This document shows, in pieces, positions 13,622 to 25,599 of a stretch of DNA of 64,000 bases. Position 1 is the stretch's first letter, and every line of letters begins with the position of its first letter. A program made the position numbers and the translations under genes. The notes under the pieces are model-generated. The model was not told the DNA's origin. It saw nothing but the letters and a program-made list of their open reading frames with translations, and ran no database searches. The stretch is from Octopus vulgaris (taxonomy: Eukaryota): NCBI GenBank assembly GCA_951406725.2, contig OX597820.1, positions 95,170,001 through 95,234,000 of the forward strand, written 5' to 3'.

Positions 13622-14062
13622 TTGGAGTTTGAAGCTGTTGTTTATAATATTTATACTTTCTAAATCATTCAACATGAGCTGGAGTCATTCTGTTTATTTT
13701 TTGCATTTGTCTCATACTGCTAAATGAAATAGTTTTCTAAAATTTTTTTTAAATAAACATCTTTCCAGTTTCCTGGCAAGAATGTAGTCAATCTGACTAG
13801 TGTGCTCACCAGACTGGTGGGTGAACAGGTGACTGGCAGGTTTCCCAAAGTTCATAAACCAAATCAATATATATATAATAAGTTATATATATATATTTTT
13901 TTTTGTGAGTAACACTTTGGAGTTTGAAGCTGTTGAATCTGTTGTTCATAATATTTATACTTTCTAAATCATTCAACATGAGCTGGAGTCATTCTGTTTA
14001 TTTTGTGCATTTGTCTCATACTGCTAAATGAAATAGTTTTCTAAATTTTTTTTTTAAATAAA
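13622..14062. repeat. About 140-bp direct duplication (13622-13758 / 13917-14062) separated by an RTE scrap
   Basis: TTGGAGTTTGAAGCTGTTG...TTTAAATAAA occurs twice, with a short indel between copies. Confidence 0.9.
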
Positions 14063-14484
14063 GAACACCAATAGACACATTTTTATAGAAGGAAAAGAGA
14101 AAACAAATTTAAAAGTATGAAAAATTAAGTTACTGAGGAAAAAGTCCATATAAATTATCCAATACCGTTTCTACTTTCTTGCTACAACAGGGTCTCCTCT
14201 TAGTGGTCCTGTTTGTCTTTTGTACTTGAAAGTTCATTCTAAATGCTTAACTAACCTAATTTTATGTATAACAAAATGCAATATGTTTCACATTGGTTAC
14301 ACTGGCAGAAGGAAACTAAAACAACAAATGGATTGGGAGTGAGTGACAGAGATGTTCAATGCAGGCAAACTTTAATGAGATGTTTTGTTCTAAAGTTGGT
14401 ATTTTAATCAAATTGAAACAAAATTTTTACACACATAGTTAAGTGACACTTTTGAGAGAATGATTTGTGACAATATGCTTTCCC

Positions 14485-15501
14485 TCATGTATGAATGTGT
14501 TTGTGAGTTTTTAAATGACTTGTCTGAGAGAACGATTTCCCACAGATATTACAGTGATATGGTTTTTCTCCTGTATGAATACGTTTGTGTTTATTTAAGA
14601 CACTTCCTTCAGAAAATGATTTGCCACAAATATCACAGTGATATGGCTTCTCTCCTGTATGAATATGCTCATGAGTAATTAATTTACGCATTTCAGAGAA
14701 TGATTTATTGCAGATACTACAATGATATGGCTTTTCTATTGTATGAATAAGTATGTGAGTTGTTAAGTGGCCTGTTTGCGAGAATGATTTACCACAAATA
14801 TCACAATGATATGGTTTCTCACCTGTATGAATGCGTCTGTGTTTAGTTAAGACACTGCCTTCAGAGAAAGATTTACCACAGATATCACACTGATATGGCT
14901 TCTCTCCTGTATGAATGCGTTTGTGTATAATTAAGTCACCATTTCGAGAGAATGATTTACCACAGATATCACAACAATGTGGCTTCTCTCCTGTATGAAT
15001 GTATTTGTGATTAATTAAGCTACTTCTAGCAGAGAATGATTTACTACAGAGATCACAGTGATGTGGCTTCTCTCCTGTGTGGATATTTTTGTGAGTAGTT
15101 AAGCTACTTCTTGCAGAGAATGATTTACCACAGATATTACAGTTGTATGGTTTTTCTCCTGTATGAATGCGTTTGTGTTTAGTTAAGACACTTCCTTCAG
15201 CAAATGATCGACCACAGATATCACATTGATGCAGTTTCTCTCCAGTATGAATATGTCTGTGACTAGTTAAGCTATATCTCTGACAGAATGATTTACCACA
15301 AATATCACAGCAGTATGGTTTTTCCCCTGTATGAATGCGTTTGTGAGTAGTAAGATTACCTTTTTGAGAGAATGACTTTTGACAGATATCACAGTGGTAT
15401 GATGGCTTTCCTATCTCTTTCAACATCTCATCAGGAAAATCAACCCTTTTCAGCTGTTTTTCACATTTAAATTGGTTCTTGCATAAATCATTTTCCATCA
15501 T
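14485..15501 (-). CDS. C2H2 (Kruppel-type) zinc-finger protein, 11 tandem fingers
   Basis: 338 aa ORF with 11 C2H2 units and TGEKP linkers. Minus-strand poly-T/TTTCAG acceptor at 15853-15879 (exon starts 15852). N-terminus and 5'UTR are homologous to the 3175-3939 gene. Confidence 0.95.
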   Translation of the reverse strand: MMENDLCKNQFKCEKQLKRVDFPDEMLKEIGKPSYHCDICQKSFSQKGNLTTHKRIHTGEKPYCCDICGKSFCQRYSLTSHRHIHTGEKLHQCDICGRSFAEGSVLTKHKRIHTGEKPYNCNICGKSFSARSSLTTHKNIHTGEKPHHCDLCSKSFSARSSLINHKYIHTGEKPHCCDICGKSFSRNGDLIIHKRIHTGEKPYQCDICGKSFSEGSVLTKHRRIHTGEKPYHCDICGKSFSQTGHLTTHILIHTIEKPYHCSICNKSFSEMRKLITHEHIHTGEKPYHCDICGKSFSEGSVLNKHKRIHTGEKPYHCNICGKSFSQTSHLKTHKHIHT

Positions 15502-17068
15502 TTTTCTTCTCTAAACACAATATATGTATATTTTCCTTTTTATTATATAATTTATTCCAAACAAATATTTCTACTGCTATATTTCCATCAACTATTATTG
15601 TTGTTGATATTTCAATATACTGCATACATCTTTGTTATATTTGTCCAGGTTAGAATGCAAAATCATCTTGTTCACAAAAGTGAAGCAGAGACATTTTGCT
15701 AGTCGTAAATGTCATGAGGAAATGTTTGATAGTAAGTCTGCCAAAGAAAAGGCAGGAGTTACATCTGTTCTGTAAAGCATTATTATTCAGCCTTTAAAAG
15801 ATATACATCTTTGATGAAGTAAATGATTCTTTTATGTTGATGTTGTTTGATTCTGAAATAACAAAAAAAAAAAAAAAAACAGTATAAGATATAGAGTACA
15901 AGATATATAAAGTTTTTCTGTCTCCAGAAACATCATAACACTACTCAGTTGATGCTTAATGCATGTTATCCAAGTTTTTCCCTCGTAACTTTGAGGAAAA
16001 TATAACACTTGAAATCACAAATTAGGCTTTTCCTCAAGAACTTAGATGCTAACGATCTCTTTGAAGGGTTTGGATCCTTACTTCTACTAATATATACACA
16101 TACACACACACATATGAAATCACTCACTCGCTCCATTTGACCCATAACATTGCTATGCCATTGGAACTTTAGCTACACAAAGTATATTACATGAAAGATA
16201 TCTCTCTCTCTCCCTCTCTCCACACAAAATTGAAACGTATTAGTTTATCCAATTAAAATTTCGGCATGAAAAATTGCTAAAGGAAAGTGTAAACATTGGA
16301 TACCATTTGAAAACTAGTGATTTTTAAGAGGTATGTAAAAGATATTTTGTTTTAATATAATACTTTGTTTCACACGCACACAAACACCAATGTGGTTTTT
16401 ATAAGGATTTTGTGTCATTCTTTCTCTCTCCTGTCCAGACTTCATTACCACTAATTTTTATAAAGGTGCACTTGTAAAAAATTAATAAAATTTTAAAGAA
16501 AGAAACAGCCCCTGTTTTCCTGACAAAAAAGTGTTTTGTGGCATATTAGGTCACGATAATTTATTCATTGAAAAAAAGAAAAACATTTTCCAATAATTCC
16601 GGTTTCCTCCCCACCCAATTTTTCCAAAGAAATAAAATAATAAAAATTTTTACGGAAATCGACAGAAAGGTCTACTAGAGACGAAAGATTGCCAAAAAAT
16701 ATTTGAAAATAGGGGTGGGGATGAAATTTCTAAGGATTCCACCCCACCCCGTTAATGATTTATTTAAGGGGGAGATAACTAGTAAGTCAACTTGTTAAAC
16801 AACAAATACTTGTAGAAAGGTTAGCAGAGCGAATTACAAATTTCGCACGTGTATAAATTCATAATTAGTTGACGCCGTGCCAACCACTGAAGAATCTTGT
16901 CTCGTGATTCGGCTAATTGGGTGATATTCCAAGATTGACTCACAGTTGACGATTTGAATTTCAGGAACAATGAATTGCGGTCTCGCTGGTCTCCCACGTG
17001 CCATTCTGATCAATTCCAAAGTAAATAATATCCAGTATTTATGTTCTTTAACAGAAAGGTGGCCATTT

Positions 17069-17485
17069 GGCGATCTTTCGTCTCTAGTAGACCTTTCCGT
17101 CGATTTCCGTAAAAAAATTTTTTTTTTTAACATATGGGCTTGCGGGAACTTTTGAAGTAATGAGAGCGAAAGAGACTAAGAGAAAGCGATTGTATGACGA
17201 GGGAAGTTCTTTTGAAGTTACCGTGCATGGGAGCATTGATGTATGTGTGTGTGTGTTTGATGGGGTGTGGGAGACAGACAGTATGTTGTGTAAGTGAAGT
17301 GCTTCTGTTAGTGTGTGTGAAGAGACAGAGTAATGTGTGAAAGAAAGAGATAACTGAAATTTTTTATTCGGTGTATGTGTATATGTATGTATATTAGTTC
17401 AAAAGTTCCTGCAAGCCCATATGTAAAAAAAAAAAAAAATTTTACGGAAATCGACGGAAAGGTCTACTAGAGACGAAAGATCGCC
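17069..17485. mobile_element. MITE with about 90-bp terminal inverted repeats (GG-start, possibly Merlin-type)
   Basis: GGCGATCTTTCGTCTCTAGTAGACCTTTCCGTCGATTTCCGTAAA..ACTTTTGAA and its reverse complement at 17397-17485. A third solo end lies at 16641-16693. No TSD seen. Confidence 0.8.
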
Positions 17486-17497
17486 CTTGTGGCGAAA

Positions 17498-17878
17498 AAC
17501 GAGACATTGCTGGCATAATTTCGTTATATCTATAATCCACAACCCACAGAAATACCCGGAGTGAAATGTTTTGATTTTGTTGAGTTATATCGAAAGTTGG
17601 ATACTAGATTATTATTGACTGGCATTCTTTCGACAAAATCAAAACATTTCATTTCGCGTATTTCCGTGGAAGCAAATGACAGTTCGATTCTGTTTTCTGC
17701 TTGCAAATTTGCGGATTTTACATGCACACATGAAACAGCTAAGAACAAATATGCAAGGCTTTTTTTCTTCAAGTTTAAAACGAGACATTGCTGGCATAAT
17801 TTCGTTATATCTATACTCCACAACCCACAGAAATACCCGGACTGAAATGTTTTGATTTTGTTGAGTTATATCGAAAGA
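17498..17878. repeat. About 100-bp direct repeat (17498-17596 / 17779-17877) with an internal inverted segment
   Basis: AACGAGACATTGCTGGC...TTATATCGAAAG occurs twice; CAAAATCAAAACATTTCA at about 17634-17651 is the reverse complement of part of the unit. Confidence 0.85.
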
Positions 17879-17989
17879 ATGTCTATTGACTTTATCCTAC
17901 ATAATATATTAGAGTTAATGTATATAGTACATACCCGTTACAGTGTTTATCCAAAACACCTGATCGTAGTATGTGCGTGTATATATTAC

Positions 17990-18140
17990 CTAGTATCGTC
18001 AATGATTGTTTTCTTTTGAGAATTTGCGTTTCCGGAAGAAACGACGGAAGTCGAATTATTGGTCATGTGACCAATAATTTGACTAACGTCGTTCCTTACA
18101 TCTCTTTAGCGTTACATGGATTATGAGATGGGCGGTGGGG
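17990..18140 (-). promoter_or_regulatory. Candidate promoter and non-coding first exon of the minus-strand ZF gene
   Basis: Locally CpG-rich, two ETS-like CGGAAG cores (18032-18051), palindromic GTCATGTGAC E-box, GGGCGG box. A minus-strand AG|GTAATA donor at 17990/17989 could splice to the 15852 acceptor. Confidence 0.45.
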
Positions 18141-18921
18141 TTCTGTTCAAGCAAAGGAAACATTTACAACTACAGGAGAGTCAGTGGTGCGATCAGGTGT
18201 GTGGGTTAATAGTAAGAATGTTGAGCTCATAATCATGTAGATTCGAGCGAACAGCACCATGGACCCATGAACAAGGTGCATTATTTTACGTTTCTCTAGC
18301 ATACTCAGCTGAAAATTAGAATCATCTTAGTGCTTGCTGGTGCAGCCCTCTTTCTCATCCTCGATGTTCCACTGGATCAAGGGTGAGTGTCTATGCCTGA
18401 TCGTGATTACGTAGACACCTGTAGCAATTAGAGAAAACGAGTGACGATTAAGCTTAAGTGGAGGTCGTGTATGTTTTAGAATTGTTTGAGTACGTCTTCT
18501 TGTCTCTAGGCAATCTTATATAAGGAGTAGAATCCTGAGGAATATTTGGTTAATATAAAGATCTTTACCCGTTAACAAAAACCAGACCAGCCTGCTGGGT
18601 GTTAACAACTGTGTAGAAAATGAATGTGACAAAAAATAATTATGCAAACGAACCTGGGGTGGGAGTGGGAACTTTTGGAAGATTCACAAGATCCGATTTT
18701 TCCGTCATAACTTTTGGGAAAATGGATATATATTGATTTTTCCTTTTACGGAATCCCACATTTTTGGTTATGGAGGATCCGATTCTGAAAACGTTTTTTC
18801 AAAATTTCAATTCTCCGGCTTTGGCCTTCCATATGCTAGAAATAACAGCCAAATCCCACAAAACTGCGATAACATGAAAGAAATATGTAATCAGTCTACT
18901 CACCTTTCTGCAAAGATTTCT

Positions 18922-19100
18922 TGGATCTTTTCTGTTTGATCGACGGAATTTTCTAGTTAACTAAACAATTTGAAACTTCGTATACTTGTAGAATGTGTCA
19001 AAAGAAAACATTATTGTAAACAAAATTGTAATTCGTAACTTTAACGTAGTTTAATTCTACGAATTTTAACCAATGAAATCGCAGCATTCGAGCTCAAATT
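18922..19100 (+). mobile_element. Solo end of the Merlin-like MITE family seen at 43409-44059
   Basis: GGATCTTTTC..TTGA..TTCTAG..AACTAAA..AAACTTCGTATACT..TAGAATG aligns by eye with 43409-43495. Confidence 0.65.
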
Positions 19101-20229
19101 ATTTGCTGCGTCTTAAAACTCACACGCACACGTTTTATTCATCCTTTCTTTCTCTTCTGTCTTCTACATGTGCTAGAAATAACAGCTATATCTCTTAAAT
19201 CGATGAATTTCGTCGCCCAATAAAAATATTAACGATATTTTTTTAATATTTTCTTCTTTTTTTTTTACCGAAAAGGCTTCTCCCATGGTTTTGAAGGGCC
19301 AGAAACAACAAAAACAAAACAATAATATGCCTAAATCGGTCTAGAGTTTGCGCGTGGAGTGTGAGTCGTATTATTTTTATTTTTTATTTTATCTAGTTTC
19401 AGCTCACGAGCTGTGGCCATGCTGGGGCACCGCCATTTGTAAAAATTTGCGAAATATTTTTTCATAAAAGGATGCCCCAGCTTGTCGGAAGCTGTGATAT
19501 AAATTGGGGAAAAAATCGTAATTGGTACTTAATTTATCGACCCCGAAACGATGGAACATTGACCCCCCCCCCTTCTGGTTTATTTACCTTTTGTGTAAAC
19601 CTGTTACGGCAAGGGGCAACTCACGAACGTGTATGTATGCTTGTGTGTGTATGTATATGTCCGTTTGTATGTGTGTGTACGCTTATATATTAATTACTAT
19701 GTGCTTGTGCAAATGTATATGCATGTGTTTGAGAGAGAGAGAGTGTGTGTGTGTGTGTGTGTCGTGTTATATTTCTTTATCAATATCGATAACGCAACAA
19801 TGCTGGGATTTCTTTGGTTAAAATTCGAAGATGCTGGGATTTCATTGGTTAAAATTCGTAAAAGTTTGAAAAGCACTGTGCTAGACCAACGTTTTACGAA
19901 AAAATAAAAATAAAAATCTTTCGCGCGCAAACTAATTTTTATGTGTGGTGGTGAGAATGTTGTTTCTCTAGAGAAGTGGTTTAAAATGAACATATCTTTG
20001 CTTGAGAGAGAGAGAGAGAGAGAGAATACAAGCTGCATTATCTACCGGTAAACTTTTGCAAAATTAAAAATATTTTTTAATGTACGTGGAAAAATACAGA
20101 GATTAAGAATATGGAATTTTTTTTAGCAACAGAAGGTACAAATAAAGGTGCATGCGAATACAACAGAAATACAGGTAAAATTACAGAGCATAAAAGAAGT
20201 CTCAGCATATTGACTTACTACAGAGTTAG

Positions 20230-21050
20230 TTACCAGTTCATGTGGTACACGATAAGTTCTATAACTGTAAAATTACAGAGAAACATATAATTTGGCAGCC
20301 TGTCGAAAGAATTTGTGGAGTTGCAAAAATTATTACTCTCCGAGGAGATAAATAAATATCTAGACAGATATTGATTTAAATATTCCGGCTTCATGCCTGG
20401 TCGCCGAATCCATTCTTTTACATCTCTCCACAAACGTTCAATGTTTTGTGTGTGTATGTGTTTGTGTGTCGGATGTACAAAGTTTTCAGAATGGTTTATC
20501 ACATAATGGTGGTAACCCAAACTGCTTAGATCTCTGTAGGCAGCCCAAGAATCGCTGTAAATAATTGAGCCAGGTTTGATATGTTTTTGGATTAGAGGAA
20601 CCAGTGTCGCTTTGTCACGCTTCTTATTAATAAGAGGCACAACAAAACGACGCTTACTGGTTCGCTCTATTCCACCAAACAACTAGTTGCTGGACTCAAT
20701 TCCAGGTTTTCTACGACTCTTTTATGCTGCCATGCACCAAGCAGAAACTCATTCACAAAGATAATAAGCTTCCATGGACTAATGCGTGCATTATCAAGAA
20801 AGGTCCCATGAAAGTCTGATATCGAATAGCCACATTGACGCCGCTTCTTCGATTTTGCGACAGTAAAACTTTTCCTATATCTCCGAATATGCTGGTCTTC
20901 TCTGTATATACATTTGCTTCCAAATCGAGGACATGTTACAGAAGTTGGTTGGACACCATGATTCCGAAGGAATTCTATAGCTTTTCCGTCTTCCTGAATA
21001 AAGGTACGCATGCAAATATAATATTTGAATTCGCAAGAAACACAAGACAT
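20230..21050 (-). pseudogene. Merlin / ISXO2 (IS1595-family) DDE transposase, internally deleted
   Basis: ATG at 21050: MSCVSC..AIEFLRNHG..CPRF (decayed zinc ribbon), then a frameshift into FGGIER..RDKATLVPLI..IKPGSIIYSDSWAAY..INHSENFV..HTQNIERLW. The VEIDE..KRKY segment with the first catalytic Asp is absent. Confidence 0.9.
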
Positions 21051-21102
21051 CTTTACTTTGATACGACCGATCAGCAAATGTCTCGTTCTTATTTTTGTTT
21101 CT

Positions 21103-21147
<45 letters not shown>

Positions 21148-22086
21148 GTCCCTGGATAGATAGATAGATAGTGTAGCGAAAGTGAAAAATAAAAACGAGA
21201 AAATGCTATGACCCACTTCCGTTGGCTGGGAAAAGAATTAATGGATCTTATCTTGTCACCGGTAAGAGAAATTAATGAGGGTAGGAAGAACCTCTGACCC
21301 TTACACGGTCAAGGAAAGTTGAGAAAAAAATAAATTTGCCACCCCTTTAAAATGCCGGGAGCTGGTGTTAGTAGATCAGGGACAGCAATGTTGAAGTGTA
21401 AAAGAAGGGGGAACAGTAAAATGTGTTTCTAAAAGGAAAAAAAAGAAAAGAGAAAAGAACATTGTCAGAAAAAAAGAAGGAAAAGAAAGAGACTATTTGT
21501 TCTGATTGTTTTCGGACGTTGTGTTATGTTTAAATGCATTGATTGTTTTTTTGGTAAAATTACAAGAAAAATATTTAGTTTATTTAGAGTCCTAGGTTTT
21601 ATATGTCAGAATAAACTTTTTCAGAAAAATACATTTCTGAAGGGGAGGTGTGAATTTGCATTAGCCCCATTCCCAAATCTTTTAGTGGGTGCATGAAATA
21701 GCTTTTCCGTCATCCTCAAAAACTTCACGGATGCGAAATTGAAGAACATATATAACAGGTATGTAGAACATATATTTCTGTACTTTCTGTTTATTCGTAT
21801 AAATCATTGAAATTGTTGTGCACGCGCACACAAACATGAATACACCAATTATACACAATTTCTATATATATATTTAATAACGAACCATGTAATTCACACC
21901 CAGGAAATTTTATTTCTGTAAAATGTTGGGAGCGGGTGAAACTTCCGAGGCTTCCACCTCACCCCACTCCATTTTTCGAACCGTAAAAAGGGTTTTCTAC
22001 CTTGTTGGGATGGGTTATGTTAGCATGTCACAGGAATTCATTCAACGAAAAAAAAAAAAAAAAAAAATCCAATTCGCCACCCGCTT

Positions 22087-22320
22087 TTCCGAACCAAAGT
22101 AAGGGATTTGCAGCATATTAGGCTAAGGAGGTCAGAGTACTTGATTCCACGCAAAAAATCCGAATTAAAAAAAAAAAATTTTTCCTTAGTGAAAATTCCA
22201 GGGGAGGGGGGCTGCCCTCCCTTCCGAACCAAAATATGGGATTTACAGCATATTACGAGGTCAGGATACTTGATTCCACGCAAAAAATCCGAGTTTTTTT
22301 TTTTTCTTAGTGAAAATCGC
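22087..22320. repeat. Diverged direct duplication of about 110 bp
   Basis: TTCCGAACCAAA..GGGATTT.CAGCATATTA..TACTTGATTCCACGCAAAAAATCCGA..CTTAGTGAAAAT occurs twice. Confidence 0.8.
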
Positions 22321-23659
22321 GCGGGTGTTAATCTGTAATTTTACCCGAATATCTTAGGCTGTTATATTCTTGAAGTGCCAATGATTCGGAAGTAAATCCA
22401 TCGATTTACAGTTTAATTTCATTGACGTCTGTCTGGCACCGGTACCATCCTATATCATCACTTCTGAATCATCACTGGCATCAATAGATATCTCTCATCA
22501 CCTACCCGACCAATTGATGACTTAGACCACCACTCTTGAAGGCTTACAACACTAGCCTCTGTAAGTGACCTACCGCTCTTGCAGACTAACAACATTTTTT
22601 CCACTACAAGCGACTCACTGCCCTTGCAGGCAAAGTCTTGGCACTGCTCATATCTCAGCAGCCAACATTGCATCTCAAGCACTTTGACTTTTGCATCCTG
22701 TGATTTCCAGTTTCCTGGACAGTTGTTATCATGGTTGCATGTCAGACCATTTACATTTCTTAACTTCGCCTCGCCAGTGACTGCTCCGGAGAATAAACTT
22801 ATGTTGTTATAGACACCGCATTCACATTTCCTCTCTTTCTATATCATTGTACATATATGCTTTGTTCTATTTGATTGGACACCTTTCTTTACTGAACGTT
22901 TCCTTGTACATACTTGCATTGTAATTTTTTTTTCAATTTCAATTGCCATGGTTCGTTCTTCTGTGCCCGCCTAGTGCACACTCTGCCCACACTACTTTTA
23001 AGCTACTGCTTCCAGTCTAAGTGGGGTGGACCTCTGTAGGCGCAGTTATCTCCCTTGACAGCGGATTTAAATAAGCAACATTAAGGTTCAGAGACTCATC
23101 TCTTCCTCTTTTCTCGCCAAGACGTCGGACAGTAAAGACGTGATCTAATCTCTCTCTCTCACCACACGCCAGTAGCAGATAGGAGGCAACGCACAGGAGA
23201 AGACTATGGCTTCCACGCATCAAACCATTTTCATTTATTATCCAGCTTGTGTATATACGTGTGGCCACATTAAAGGTATTTAAAGTTACCACCTTGTTCC
23301 ATGTATTTCTTTATACCATGTTCCTGTCAAATGACATTACAGCCTTCTGAGTAGAGTCATGTTAGATGGCTCCACAGCCTATCCATCTATAAATGCAATA
23401 GTGACAGTTGTTTTTAACATCAAGGGAGACACTCCAGAGAGTAAGCAACACTTCTAGTCTCTCTTATTTTACTTTAGTTTGAACACCTGCCTCTGCCTTT
23501 TTCTGAAGGAACTATTCTCTGCTATTCTTGTTTCATTTTCATGTTTAATTTTGCTCGTTTTCTTACTATCACCAACGGTTTCCATTATTTCTACAAACTT
23601 CATTTCTTACTTACCTTAAAATAGTGTGCTGGAAGTGCTATTCATTGCCTTTGATTGAT

Positions 23660-23797
23660 TCTACAGCTGAGTGGATTGGAACCACGTGAAATAAAGTGTC
23701 TTGCTCAAGAACGCAACACAGCCCGGTCCGGGAATCGAATTTACTACCTCATGATTGTGAGCCCGATGCTCTAACCACTAACCCATATACCTTCACC
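23660..23797 (-). mobile_element. tRNA-derived SINE, family B (GTTCTTGAGCAAGACAC core)
   Basis: TGGTTAGAGC..TTCGATTCC head plus core. Other copies at about 32590-32745(-), 37475-37630(+), 42180-42485(+), 56200-56525(-), 57670-57895(+) and 62050-62225(-). Confidence 0.8.
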
Positions 23798-24444
23798 ACA
23801 ACAGTAGATCAATGAAGTAATGGCATGGCTGGTGGCGCCGCAGTTCCGACATAGTCAGTGGTCCCATGTCCAAAGGTGGCTAGGGTGGAAGCAAAGGCAA
23901 AGAAATCGCTTCATTCTCGAGGCAAACAACGTAGAACACCGAGATGCTGTACAGTAGCGGAGCTAGTGGGGGTATGGCTGCGAGGATACAGTCCGCCCGG
24001 GCATTTGTAAGAGATCGTTTCCTGGATGCAAAGTTGCGATTTGAAACCGAATCCACATTTTCGTTGCTTGTTACATGGATGTCCGGTCCTTTGTTTCTCC
24101 TCTCTGCACTGGGAAATTAATGAGGATGATGTGATCTCTGAGAATCCTAAAACAAAGGTTACTCCTTTGTTTTAAGATTGACCCACTTTAGTTGCCAAAC
24201 CTTATATAAACCAATAAAAGGTCTGTTCAGCCTCTTTGGTATCAACCTTCTGACCAAGAGCATCGTGGCTGCATGGAAAAGCGGGTGACAACACAATTCT
24301 CTTAGGCTCCCTCTGGCACGGGAAGTACTACCCGTCACTTACGTATCAAATAGCAGAAGATGATCAAGTAGTAAAGACATACAGGGCGCGGAGGTCTGAC
24401 TTTAGACATTATGTCACACAAGTCGATATACTTGGATGTCAATA

Positions 24445-24808
24445 CTCTCTTTACTCATTTACTTATTTCAGTAATTTGACTGTGGTCATGCTGGAGCACC
24501 GCCTTTTGTCAAGCAAATCGCCTAGTACTTATTCTATCAGTCTCTTTTGCCGAACCGCTAATTTACGGGGACGTAAACACACCACCATTGGTTGTCAAGC
24601 GATGTTGGGGGCACAAACACAGACACACAAACATATACACACACATACATACATATACGACAGGCTTCTTTCAGTTTCCGTCTACCAAATCCACTCACAA
24701 GGCTTTGGTCGGCCTGAGGCTATAGTAGAAGACACTTGCAGTTGGGCCTGACCCCGGAACCATGTAGCTGGTAAGCAAGCTACTTACCACAAAGCCACTC
24801 CTGTGCCT
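24445..24808 (-). mobile_element. Near full-length tRNA-derived SINE, family A
   Basis: Head GGCACAGGAGTGGCT..TGGTAAG, body CAAGTGTCTTCTACTATAGCC..GTGAGTGGATTTGGTAGACGGAAACTGAAAGAAG, internal (TG)n, tail ..CTGAAATAAGTAAA. Relatives at about 30345, 43296, 46370, 51600, 54630, 57085, 58300 and 59190. Confidence 0.85.
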
Positions 24809-24849
24809 TTTCTTTTTAATGAACATAAACATTTAGTTACATTTATCAA

Positions 24850-25350
24850 TTTTTTTTTTATCACAGCAACTACTCGCACACCATAAGATTTAATGGAACC
24901 TACTGAAGCAAGCCAGTACGCTCGCAGCATTACCACGGGTGATGGTGAGGCTATAAGGTATTGGGAAAGCCAAGCGACCTCACGGGCATCACCTGACACC
25001 TCGGTGAGGCGAGCTGCTAACGTTGACAAGAACTTCGCGGTTAGTGTCCCAGCCCCTTCGAACGTCCCAAACGCCACAAGGTGGAAGAGATAGTTCACTG
25101 TCAGGTCCCGATATTTTAGGGTTTTCTTCCATTCGACTACAGAAGCGGTGACCCTCTCCTTAACCGCAGCATCCAGGATGTGGGAAGGAGCAAAAGAGTG
25201 GCAGACTGTGAAATCCCAAATGAGGCACCTACCTCTAACCCAAGGACTGAGGGTAAGACCATCTGGTCTCTTTCTATCACTTCTGGACAACACTGACGGC
25301 TCCAGAACTGAGGGGATATTAATCCGAGCTAGGGCCCGTTTATTGATTAG
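24850..25350 (-). mobile_element. 3' end of a CRE-clade retrotransposon: restriction-like endonuclease domain + A-rich tail
   Basis: IPSVLEPSVLSRSDRKRPDGLTLSPWVRGRCLIWDFTV..KKTLKY..AFGTFEGAG is an RPD..D..K-x2-KY RLE motif; A-run at 24850-24859. Confidence 0.85.
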
Positions 25351-25371
25351 GTTTAGCTCAAGTCTCCCAAA

Positions 25372-25587
25372 GGCGGCAAATTAGCAGAATTGTTAACACG
25401 CCGGGCAAAATGCTTAGCAGTATTTCGTCCGTCTTTACGTTCTGAGTTCAAATTCCGCCAAGGTCAACTTTACCTTTCATCGTTTTGAGGTTGTTAAAAT
25501 AATTACCAGTTGAGCACTGGGATCGGTGTGATCGACATACCCCTTCTTATCAAAATGCTGGCCTTGTGCCAAAACTTGAAACCAATA
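25372..25587 (+). mobile_element. Nin-domain-type SINE
   Basis: GAGTTCAAATTCC B-box then GGTCAACTTTACCTTTCATC..AAAATAATTACCAGTTGAGCACTGGG. Copies at about 35241-35440, 52200-52375, 59800-60015 and 27400-27510(-). Confidence 0.75.
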
Positions 25588-25599
25588 CGAATGAGTCTC

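Noticed and set aside
23700-23790. tRNA-like A/B boxes here and at many other sites
   Set aside because: They are SINE heads continuing into SINE cores; no full cloverleaf.
22440-24440. Unexplained, slightly GC-richer DNA with TGGCGCCG and TGGTATCA PBS-like words
   Set aside because: Matches too short; no LTR pair or ORF recognised, so left unannotated.
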